From the IMG/VR virus record IMGVR_UViG_3300023184_000046, positions 32,001 to 96,000 of that record: DNA of 64,000 nt. One strand, written 5' to 3'. Origin of the DNA: a virus. Position numbers and translations under genes: made by a program. A model generated the notes under the pieces. The model saw nothing but the letters and a program-made list of their open reading frames with translations. It did no database searches and was not told the DNA's origin. Below, piece by piece: positions 42,480-50,365 of the stretch (positions within the stretch are counted from its first letter, which is position 1; each line of letters starts with the position of its first letter).

Positions 42480-42517
42480 AACGGAACTAATTCGCCCCGC
42501 TATTGCATAAATACACC

Positions 42518-43321
42518 ATGGATACTTTTGAAAATGCTACATCTTGGCTTCACCCTAATGGAACTTTCCATCCAATTAAAAAATATGGTAGCCATTCAAA
42601 CTGGGCTTATCACAATAATAAAAAACTAGAAGAACTTTTTGCATCTGGATGGATGAGAGTAACTTTTATAGGCGATACTATCTATGTTAGCAATGATCTT
42701 TCTGTTCTTCCAACTTTTAAACAAAAAAAATCAATAATGGATTTGTCAATAGAAAGTAACGAAAGATTTAAAAAAGCAATCTATGAAAATGGCAAAGGAA
42801 AAGAAACTACATTATTCTCATCTTATGACTTCTCAGAATCAAATAATCACATCAACTTTAAAAACTGGCTACTACTCTCTGAAACTAGAGAAGGACTTCT
42901 ACGATACCTTAAAGAAAAATTACCACATGTTCCTGAATATGTCTTATTTGATTTATTTTATAGAACTATTAAAAATTCTAAACCTGAAGAAATAGAAGAA
43001 TTTATAGAAACATATAAAGATTATAAATGGGAACTTAAAACAAATTTTCCTATAAACTACGAAATATTTGATACTAACACTATCCGTAATTTTAAGGAAA
43101 GAAAAGGTGGATCAGAAAACCCTTATGGAGTTCCTAACGATAAACAAAGACATGATAAACAAAAAGAATTAATCGCAATTACAATTCCTAAAGAACCAAT
43201 CATATTAATAAAAAATGGTACTAAATATTCACTTGCAGAAGGATGGCATAGAACCATTCAATTATTTGAAAAATATCCAAAAGGATTTGTATACCCACAA
43301 GTTTATATAGGTATACCATGA
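42518..43321 (+). CDS. Two-module tagged protein with C-terminal ParB/Srx-like domain
   Basis: Internal INFKNWLLLSE; EPIILIK...YSLAEGWHRT. Confidence 0.6.
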   Translation: MDTFENATSWLHPNGTFHPIKKYGSHSNWAYHNNKKLEELFASGWMRVTFIGDTIYVSNDLSVLPTFKQKKSIMDLSIESNERFKKAIYENGKGKETTLFSSYDFSESNNHINFKNWLLLSETREGLLRYLKEKLPHVPEYVLFDLFYRTIKNSKPEEIEEFIETYKDYKWELKTNFPINYEIFDTNTIRNFKERKGGSENPYGVPNDKQRHDKQKELIAITIPKEPIILIKNGTKYSLAEGWHRTIQLFEKYPKGFVYPQVYIGIP

Positions 43322-45150
43322 ACTTTAAAAACTGGCTAATACTCTCTGAAGAACAACTTTTAAATGAGGACTTCAAAACTCAAAGAGAAAAATTCATCCA
43401 ACAAGGCATAGAACCAGATGCCGTTGACTATTACCTCAATACATTTAAAACTATCAAAGATAAAAAATACAAACAAATAAATGACCCAATACCAAATCTT
43501 GAACATATCAAAGATAAAACCAATATAGATGCTTTTAAAATATGGAAAGAACTAGAAGACTTCGTTGATTATGTGAAAAGCCAAGTAGATGTTTCTGGTA
43601 AAACTAGTTACAAGAATATCAAAGTAGACGCAATACCAATTTATGAAGATAACGACCTGATAATTTATTACGCAGATACTCCTCAAGCATGCGTTACTTA
43701 CAAAGGCAATGTTCCATATTCTTGGTGTGTTGCCCGAACCGATGCAAGTAATATGTTTTATCACTATAGATTTGGAACACATAAACCATCATTCTATTTT
43801 GTAAAAAACAAGGAACGAACCAATAAAGAACTTGAAACATTTAAAGGAGGAACATTCACTGATGAATATCACTTCTTCGTAATCCAAGTAATAAAATATG
43901 CTAAACCTGAAAATAAAGATGATCAACAATACATTGTAACTTCTGCACAAAATATTGGTGATCAACAAATGTCATGGAATGATATATTAAAACTAGAACC
44001 TAAATTAACTAATAAAGAAAATATATTTATCAGCAAGCCTCTTGGAATTAAAGAAGAAGAACTATACAAAAAATTCATAAATGGTATTTCTGATGAAGAA
44101 TTTGAAAACTTACCTTTTGATGAAAAAGATATGTACTTAAATATTTATGTTAGACAAAACCGACCACTAACCGACAACCAATTTAAATTTTTACCACCTG
44201 ATTTAAAAAATAAGTATATTGGCTTTGGAGTTGGTTTGTCTGATGAACAAGTTGAAATGATTGATTCTAAATTATATAAAAGATATGAAGATGTCACAAA
44301 AACTAAAATAGAAAAAACTATTGGAACTGACGAATTTAAATTTACACCAAGCGAAGTTAATATATTATTAAAAAATATAAATGAATTTGATTTTAACAAG
44401 CTTTCTTATGCGAATGTTGCATATTTGCTTAAATACGCAACCGATACAGACAATATAGACAACATGGCAAAGTTAATTATACAAAAGAAACAAGAACTTA
44501 ATGGTATTGATGTTTTTAATTTGCTTGATAATGCAACCGATAAAGAAGAAATAGCAGAACTATTACAAAAAGATAAAAAAGATAAAAAAGATAACATTAG
44601 TAAACTTAAAAACAATGATATTGTTACATTGCTTGATAATGCAACCGATAAAGACAAAATGGCAGAACTACTTATAAAATATAAAACAAAACTTCATGAT
44701 CCATGGACCTCGAGTATTTGGCATTTGATGAATAAGGCAAAAGACAAAGACAAAATAGCAGAACTAATTATCCAAAAAGAAACAGAACTTTCTAGCTTAA
44801 ATCTCGTTCCTGAGAGTGGTATCGAAGCGTTACTTTATGATTCAAACGACACAGAAAAAATAGCAACCTTGCTAGGAACAGATAACATAAATAGACTTGA
44901 AAGTAGAAATATTCAAAATTTGATTACAAAATTAGAGGGCAGACCTTTAAAACTAGAAATAATTGCTAAAATATTAGGAGAAAAAAATATAAGTAAACTT
45001 ACTTATGATTCTATTAAGTTAATGCTTAGCAAATCATATCCCAAAAAAGAAAATACCGCAAAAATACTAAATCAATATTACGCAAATAAAACACCACAAA
45101 TAAAAAGATTAATTAATAAACATTTAAAAACAAAAACCCCTCCTGAATAA
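43318..45150 (+). CDS. Large tagged protein with helical repeats
   Basis: MNFKNWLILSEEQLLNE; ACVTY...SWCVAR; C-terminal LLDNATDKDKMAELLI repeats. Confidence 0.65.
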   Translation: MNFKNWLILSEEQLLNEDFKTQREKFIQQGIEPDAVDYYLNTFKTIKDKKYKQINDPIPNLEHIKDKTNIDAFKIWKELEDFVDYVKSQVDVSGKTSYKNIKVDAIPIYEDNDLIIYYADTPQACVTYKGNVPYSWCVARTDASNMFYHYRFGTHKPSFYFVKNKERTNKELETFKGGTFTDEYHFFVIQVIKYAKPENKDDQQYIVTSAQNIGDQQMSWNDILKLEPKLTNKENIFISKPLGIKEEELYKKFINGISDEEFENLPFDEKDMYLNIYVRQNRPLTDNQFKFLPPDLKNKYIGFGVGLSDEQVEMIDSKLYKRYEDVTKTKIEKTIGTDEFKFTPSEVNILLKNINEFDFNKLSYANVAYLLKYATDTDNIDNMAKLIIQKKQELNGIDVFNLLDNATDKEEIAELLQKDKKDKKDNISKLKNNDIVTLLDNATDKDKMAELLIKYKTKLHDPWTSSIWHLMNKAKDKDKIAELIIQKETELSSLNLVPESGIEALLYDSNDTEKIATLLGTDNINRLESRNIQNLITKLEGRPLKLEIIAKILGEKNISKLTYDSIKLMLSKSYPKKENTAKILNQYYANKTPQIKRLINKHLKTKTPPE

Positions 45151-45153
45151 AAT

Positions 45154-45699
45154 CTAACAACGCCAATCATCTGAATACATCCACTTGAAACCACCTGATG
45201 TATTAAAACTCTTTCTTCCACTGCAAACACTTGATATATTTGCCTTTCTACATCCACTTTCTTTTTCAGCAACCTCTAATGACTCGTACTCTTCTATAAA
45301 CTCACCTTCTATACTTAATTTTACCACTCCTTTCTTACCACTCCTGAATCCTAATTCTTCTATCGCATGCCTTGTGTTCATGTAATTACTACACCATTCT
45401 AAATTCCCAATCTCGTTATCACCTTTTATACCATTCTTGTGATTTACTTGATCATATCCATTTGGATTAGGTATAAATGCAATTGCCACCAAACGATGAA
45501 CCTTCATCTTATGCGACTTGCCTAACTTATGCAGATAACAATACTGGTAACCTTTATCTGTATAGTGTTGAATACAGATCTTCTCTCTGTCTTTAAAATA
45601 CAACTTTTTTAACCTGCCGAAATTACTAATTAAATATGATTCAAATCCAGCCACTTCTCTCCACTCTTCGTTTAAATCTTTAATTTCTAATTTACTCAT
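45154..45699 (-). CDS. NUMOD4/HNH/NUMOD1 homing endonuclease
   Basis: EEWREVAGFESYLISNFGR; VHRLVAIAFIPNP...VNHKNGIKGDN..NLEWC; SLEVAEK...NISSVC..GGFKW; AGGAG SD before 45699. Confidence 0.9.
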   Translation of the reverse strand: MSKLEIKDLNEEWREVAGFESYLISNFGRLKKLYFKDREKICIQHYTDKGYQYCYLHKLGKSHKMKVHRLVAIAFIPNPNGYDQVNHKNGIKGDNEIGNLEWCSNYMNTRHAIEELGFRSGKKGVVKLSIEGEFIEEYESLEVAEKESGCRKANISSVCSGRKSFNTSGGFKWMYSDDWRC

Positions 45700-46030
45700 A
45701 TTTAACTCCTTTCTTTTAATATACTGAATTTTATTAAACCTTGTCAAACCTGAAAAAATATCACCGCCCTTTTTTTTACCAAACCTCTTTTTATAAATAC
45801 TACTTTTTTGTACACTAATATACATTTACTTAGTATCCAATTTTGCAACAACACAGCACACACCAAAAAATATAGTTCATTAAACAAACAAAGGGAGTGA
45901 TGATACCACAGGCTATATAGGGAGTACCCAACTCTCTAATGTTTTTTATTTTTAATTTATTAATTTTTAATTTTGCAACAATTATTTTTTATGATAATGA
46001 AATATATTCATACTACTTGTGTAGCTAGTT

Positions 46031-46134
46031 CCCAGTCCCAGTCCCAGTCCCAGTCCCAGTCCCAGTCCCAGTCCCAGTCCCAGTCCCAGTCCCAGTCCCA
46101 GTCCCAGTCCCAGTCCCAGTCCCAGTCCCAGTCC
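46031..46134. repeat. (CCCAGT)x17 perfect hexamer tandem repeat
   Basis: Directly visible; abuts the first AAGTACATCCGTGCAATA motif. Confidence 0.95.
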
Positions 46135-46168
46135 TAAGTACATCCGTGCAATACGAAACACTAGGCAC

Positions 46169-46204
46169 AAAAAAATACCCTACACCAAACTGGTGTAGGG
46201 TATT
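46169..46204 (-). terminator. Intrinsic terminator
   Basis: AATACCCTACACCA/TGGTGTAGGGTATT stem with T-run on minus strand. Confidence 0.85.
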
Positions 46205-46220
46205 AAGTTTATTACTTTGC

Positions 46221-46589
46221 TCATGTATGTCTCTCAAAGATTTCGCTTAACTCTTTAAGGAAGGTTGACCTTATGTTCTTGATAAACTCACTAAACTGTT
46301 CGGTAATATCCTGACTATTACCTTCATCATCAGGTATACCACAGAACAAAACATCACCTACAAGGTAGTCATTAAACTTAGTTAGCTTATTAGCACGATG
46401 CCAAACAGCCGTAGCAATTATATTATCACGCAAGCCTTTAAGCTTGCCTTCTTCATTAACAAACCCAGAACCAATATTGCCAGCTTCGATGGCTTCTATG
46501 TAGCCACCAACTGCTCTTTGAATTTCTTTCAGGCCTTCAGCCTGAACTTCAATGATTTCGCCAGAAGTCTTTACAATAACTGCCTTCAT
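46221..46589 (-). CDS. DUF3846-like protein
   Basis: LKEIQRAVGGYIE, VNEEGKLKGL..N..AT, DYLVGDVLF.G; start MKAVIVK with GGAG SD. Confidence 0.7.
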   Translation of the reverse strand: MKAVIVKTSGEIIEVQAEGLKEIQRAVGGYIEAIEAGNIGSGFVNEEGKLKGLRDNIIATAVWHRANKLTKFNDYLVGDVLFCGIPDDEGNSQDITEQFSEFIKNIRSTFLKELSEIFERHT

Positions 46590-46603
46590 GATTATCTCCA
46601 ACA

Positions 46604-46657
46604 TAGCTGGAATTGGTTGTTTATAAATGATTAAGTCACCAGCAATGACTAACATCA
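46604..46657 (-). ncRNA. Conserved 5'-leader hairpin/pseudoknot, copy 1
   Basis: AGTCA-TTGCTGG-TGACT hairpin; loop complementary to downstream CCAGC just before SD. Confidence 0.6.
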
Positions 46658-46687
46658 TCAGCAATGTTTATAACTTGCTTACTGTAC

Positions 46688-46716
46688 TATCGGTTTAAAA
46701 GCTGTGCCATTTTCAA
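46688..46716 (-). promoter_or_regulatory. TTGAAA-N17-CCGATA promoter, copy 1
   Basis: One of nine identically spaced copies upstream of minus-strand genes. Confidence 0.75.
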
Positions 46717-46745
46717 CTATTTAAAAAATATTTTATAAGATTGTT

Positions 46746-46934
46746 CTTAAGTACAACTGTGCAATAGGAAATCTTAAGTACAACTGTGCAATAGGAAATC
46801 TTAAGTACAACTGTGCAATAGGAAATCTTAAGTACAACTGTGCAATAGGAAATCTTAAGTACAACTGTGCAATGGGAAATCTTAAGTACATCTGTGCAAT
46901 AGGAAATCTTAAGTACATCTGTGCAATGGGAAAC
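46746..46934 (+). repeat. 7 x 27-bp tandem repeat CTTAAGTACA(A/T)CTGTGCAAT(A/G)GGAAAT
   Basis: Directly visible; contains the 18-bp core. Confidence 0.95.
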
Positions 46935-46943
46935 ACTAGGCAC

Positions 46944-46983
46944 AAAAAAATACCCTACACCATTTTGTTTGGTGTAGGGTATT
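46944..46983 (-). terminator. Intrinsic terminator
   Basis: Near-identical to 46169-46204. Confidence 0.85.
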
Positions 46984-47000
46984 AAGTTTACTTACATGGT

Positions 47001-47456
47001 TTACATGGCCTTGGATGATTCGATCTCGGCAAAGCTGGCCTGCACCTTTACAGTTTGCTTGCCTGATACCGATACCTTTGGTATCGTTTCGGCAAAGACT
47101 TCTTTGATTGTATCCATCTTTGCTTTCATTTTCTTTGACAGGATTACCAGCTTACCATCTTCTTTTTTCTCAAGCATTGCAGCCATGGCCTTCGCAGCCT
47201 TCTCGACTGCTTCATCACCATAGCTACCAAACTCGGCAGCAAATGCAGCAGCAAACTCATAGATGCTTACAGAGACAGTACCAGTCCTCTCGTAATCTTC
47301 GCCTTTATTGATTGAACCAGAAACATCAATGTTCTGGATATCACCAGAAATATTATCAAGGATTGTTATCGAGCAATCAATTTTATGATTACCCGTGTTA
47401 AGCTTTTCTTCTTTTTCTCCAAATACCTTCTGGACTGCGATAAAAATCTCATTCAT
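47001..47456 (-). CDS. Hypothetical protein, paralog of 62793-63248
   Basis: Shared KVFGE, NKGEDYER..TVSV..YEF, LSKK, VFAET.PK.SVSGK. Confidence 0.75.
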   Translation of the reverse strand: MNEIFIAVQKVFGEKEEKLNTGNHKIDCSITILDNISGDIQNIDVSGSINKGEDYERTGTVSVSIYEFAAAFAAEFGSYGDEAVEKAAKAMAAMLEKKEDGKLVILSKKMKAKMDTIKEVFAETIPKVSVSGKQTVKVQASFAEIESSKAM

Positions 47457-47472
47457 AGCACTATCTCCATCA

Positions 47473-47525
47473 TAGCTGGCATTGATTGTTTATAAGTGAT
47501 TGTCACCAGCAATAACGAATCACTT
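47473..47525 (-). ncRNA. Conserved 5'-leader hairpin/pseudoknot, copy 2
   Basis: AAGTGATT(C)GTTA-TTGCTGG-TGACAATCACTT...CCAGCTA..GGAG. Confidence 0.6.
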
Positions 47526-47541
47526 TGTTTGTCTAATGTAT

Positions 47542-47570
47542 TATCGGTTTAAAAGCTGTGCCATTTTCAT
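47542..47570 (-). promoter_or_regulatory. ATGAAA-N17-CCGATA promoter, copy 2
   Basis: Spacer identical to copy 1. Confidence 0.7.
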
Positions 47571-47600
47571 CTATTTAGAAAATATTTTATAATTTATGAT

Positions 47601-47852
47601 TCTTAAGTACATCTGTGCAATAGGAAATAAGTTTATGATAATAATTCTTAAGTACATCCGTCCAATGGGAAATAAGTTTATGGTTTATGATTCTTAAGTA
47701 CATCCGTCCAATGGGAAATAAGCTTATGGTTTATGATTCTTAAGTACATCTGTGCAATAGGAAATCTTACGGCAATGGTAAATCCTAAGTACATCTGTGC
47801 AATAGGAAATCTTACGGCAATGGTAAATCCTAAGTACATCTGTGCAATAGGG
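47601..47852 (+). repeat. 6 copies of the AAGTACATC(C/T)GT(G/C)CAAT motif, ~45-46 bp period
   Basis: Directly visible. Confidence 0.9.
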
Positions 47853-47949
47853 ATTGCATTACATTGTGTTTTAAAGCGTTTGTTCTTTACTTGACCTAAG
47901 ACTCATCTTAGCAAGAGATCGTTGAAAATAGACGCATTGTGTGGGTGCT

Positions 47950-48031
47950 GGTGATGATATGCGGGTGATGATATGCGGGTGATGATATGCGGGTGATGAT
48001 ATGCGGGTGATGATATGCTGGTGATGATATG
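47950..48031 (+). repeat. 6 x 14-bp GGTGATGATATGC(G/T) array
   Basis: Directly visible; abuts terminator. Confidence 0.9.
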
Positions 48032-48037
48032 GAAACG

Positions 48038-48076
48038 AAAAAATCCCCTACACCATTTTTAGTGGTGTAGGGGATT
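48038..48076 (-). terminator. Intrinsic terminator
   Basis: AATCCCCTACACCA/TGGTGTAGGGGATT stem plus T-run. Confidence 0.85.
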
Positions 48077-48084
48077 AGGTTTAT

Positions 48085-48282
48085 TTACTTGGCCAGCTTT
48101 TTTAATTCTACTGGGTCAAGGTGGTTCTTTTCAACATGATCGACCAGCTTAACTTTAATTTCCTTCAACTTCTCTTTGAGAACTTCGATTGTTTTCTCGA
48201 TTGCATCTTTTTTGGAATCTAATGCAATCCATTCAGCAACAGGAAAGCAATCACCAGCATAGTTATAATTTTCAGCTTCCAT
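48085..48282 (-). CDS. Small hypothetical protein
   Basis: Start MEAENY with GAGGA SD. Confidence 0.6.
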   Translation of the reverse strand: MEAENYNYAGDCFPVAEWIALDSKKDAIEKTIEVLKEKLKEIKVKLVDHVEKNHLDPVELKKLAK

Positions 48283-48296
48283 AACATTAATCCTCG

Positions 48297-48350
48297 TAGC
48301 TGGAAGTAAATGGTTGTAAATGATTGTCACCAGCAATAACGAATCATTTA
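48297..48350 (-). ncRNA. Conserved 5'-leader hairpin/pseudoknot, copy 3
   Basis: TAAATGATT(C)GTTA-TTGCTGG-TGACAATCATTTA...CCAGCTA-C-GAGGA. Confidence 0.6.
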
Positions 48351-48364
48351 TGTAGGTTTAATAA

Positions 48365-48397
48365 TCCCCTTGCACCATGTTAATTGGTGCAAGGGGA
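48365..48397 (-). terminator. Strong hairpin after vWA gene (terminator or processing site)
   Basis: TCCCCTTGCACCA/TGGTGCAAGGGGA 13-bp stem; weak U-tract. Confidence 0.6.
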
Positions 48398-48404
48398 GAT
48401 AAGT

Positions 48405-50252
48405 TTATTTAGTAACTAACTTTTTGATGGCCCTGCAAAGTAGTGGCAGGGATGACATCGTATCAGCAAGCGTAACCCAGTTACCTTGGCCGTAAAGCTT
48501 GTCGCCTATTCGATGATCGAAAGCATTAGCAATCCCGATTCCGAATACTCCAACTCCCGATTTTCTAGCTTCAACTACACATTTGTTTGTGTGATTTACT
48601 CCTAGACTTCCATCGTAACAGTTAGCACTTGGTTGACCATCTGAAATAACAAACAGATGATGAATCGAGTTAGCATTTGCTGGATTGGTTTCTATCATTT
48701 TTTGAGATATAAACCTCACGGCAAATCCATCTGCATTGTTTGCAATTCCATCTGCAACTGCCAAGTTTTTAGTGTTGTCGAAACCTTTCCCAAAATATGG
48801 GAACATTTGGACAACATTGGCAACTCCACCAGAATCAGCGGTATGACCATAAACAACTAAGTCTATGCCCCTAATGCCTTTTATGGCTTCGACAAGCTGC
48901 AAGCAAACTGTTCTTGCATCTGTAATGTTTCGGCCCATCATACTGCCTGACTGGTCAAGCAATAATCCAATGGTGTACTGTTTTCCTTTAGGCACTTCCT
49001 TTGTCTCAAATAGGCGAATCTTTTCACCCATTTGAAATTTATGAAGTCCATTAACATCGAGATCGCCAAGCGTTTTACCAAAGTCTGGCCTTGCAAGCTT
49101 TACCGATTTAAACGCAAAGCTATTTTTAATAGCTTCGATTGCTCTGCGATTTTTTATTAGAAAATCTCGGTAAGCATCTTTGGTTTTTGGCTTCATCCTA
49201 GCGTTTGTAACTTGATACTTGACCTTGGCTGGATCACCTTCCTTGGCTTCTGGTTCTTCGAGTTTTACTTCTTCTGGTTTTTCATCACCAGAGGAAAGCT
49301 TGTTTAACTCTGCAAGAACTGGTGAATGTTCTTCTGGTACTGGCGAATCTAAGAGTCTTTCAGCAGGTGTTTTAAATGGCGAACCATGGCCCTTGCACTT
49401 TTTATCTTTTCCTTCACCTTCACCATCGCCACCTTCAGCTTCTCCTTCACCATCTTCACCTTCACCACCTTCACCACCTTCACCATCGCCATCTTCACCT
49501 TCACCATCTTCTGGTGGTGCTGGTGGTGCTGGTGGTGCTGGTGGTTTTTCTTCTTCTTCCAATTCGATTATTTTGTCCTTAATCGTCTTGTAGATTCGTT
49601 CTGCGACTTCCAGTCTTTCATATCCCTCTGGACTATGATTGACTTTGAAATCCTCGGAAACATGGTCAAGAATCTCTTTAAATTCTTCCCAATGTTCTTG
49701 GATACCAGTATCACCAAAGTCTACTTCTGATTGTGGCAATGTCCACTTTTCCATGATTGCGTTTACTTTTTCTGTCATGCTAGTTTTCTGGTTCACTTGT
49801 TTTTCGCATGAAATAGATTCTTGAAAAGCTTCAACTTCTGGTGTGAAACCAGTCCACTTTTCTTTGACTTTATCAAAGCTATTTTTGGTCAAGATTCCGT
49901 TGAAAATACTAATGCCTGTTTTACTTACCATGTCACCAGTTTGACTGGTAAATCCTGTTACTGACATTTTCTCTTTGCTGGTCTTGCTTCTTAGCATTTC
50001 TTGCTTCGCAAGTATTCTACCCTTTTCTTCAAGCATGGCCTGTTCTACTTGTTCGACCTTTTTGCCATCAGCACTAATAAATTTACCAGCATCAATCACG
50101 ATACTGTTTGAAGCACTTGCACCAGTAGCTTGTGTGAACCGAACTTCAATATTCTTTTCTGATCCATCTGAACTGTTCTGGATTAAATTGGCGGTGTTTG
50201 CCAATTCCCTAAGAATATCCATGCCAACATCTTTGTTATTACTCATGTTCAA
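48405..50252 (-). CDS. vWA-domain protein (CobT/NorD-like MoxR partner), copy 1
   Basis: MIDAS LLDQSGSM, YGHT, NNADG, VISDGQP; acidic Gly/Glu linker. Confidence 0.85.
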   Translation of the reverse strand: MNMSNNKDVGMDILRELANTANLIQNSSDGSEKNIEVRFTQATGASASNSIVIDAGKFISADGKKVEQVEQAMLEEKGRILAKQEMLRSKTSKEKMSVTGFTSQTGDMVSKTGISIFNGILTKNSFDKVKEKWTGFTPEVEAFQESISCEKQVNQKTSMTEKVNAIMEKWTLPQSEVDFGDTGIQEHWEEFKEILDHVSEDFKVNHSPEGYERLEVAERIYKTIKDKIIELEEEEKPPAPPAPPAPPEDGEGEDGDGEGGEGGEGEDGEGEAEGGDGEGEGKDKKCKGHGSPFKTPAERLLDSPVPEEHSPVLAELNKLSSGDEKPEEVKLEEPEAKEGDPAKVKYQVTNARMKPKTKDAYRDFLIKNRRAIEAIKNSFAFKSVKLARPDFGKTLGDLDVNGLHKFQMGEKIRLFETKEVPKGKQYTIGLLLDQSGSMMGRNITDARTVCLQLVEAIKGIRGIDLVVYGHTADSGGVANVVQMFPYFGKGFDNTKNLAVADGIANNADGFAVRFISQKMIETNPANANSIHHLFVISDGQPSANCYDGSLGVNHTNKCVVEARKSGVGVFGIGIANAFDHRIGDKLYGQGNWVTLADTMSSLPLLCRAIKKLVTK

Positions 50253-50365
50253 TCATCCTTTAAAAAACTACAAAAACAAAAAGCTTGCAAAACATTTGCA
50301 AGCTTGATTACCACAATCAAATTTAACCCCCCTAATTCTTTGATTAGAGGGGTTTAAAAGGTTTA

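Larger units (their letters stand above)
40795..42512 (+). repeat. Dispersed ~35-bp gene-junction repeat (G/A)CGGAACTAATT(T/C)GCC(T/C)CGCTA(TT/CC)(G/A)CATAAATA, 4 full + 1 partial copy
   Basis: Copies at ~40795, 41312, 41898, 41981 (partial, inside ORF), 42479. Confidence 0.9.

Noticed and set aside
45982-46237. LG/TG dipeptide-repeat ORFs
   Set aside because: Translations of the (CCCAGT)n tract that cross a terminator; no SD
46713-46945. ORFs ISYCTVVLK / FPIAQLYLR repeats
   Set aside because: Translations of the 27-bp non-coding repeat lying beyond a terminator
49519-49546. GCTGGTGG (E. coli Chi) triplet
   Set aside because: Explained by the coding PAPPAPPAPP linker on the minus strand
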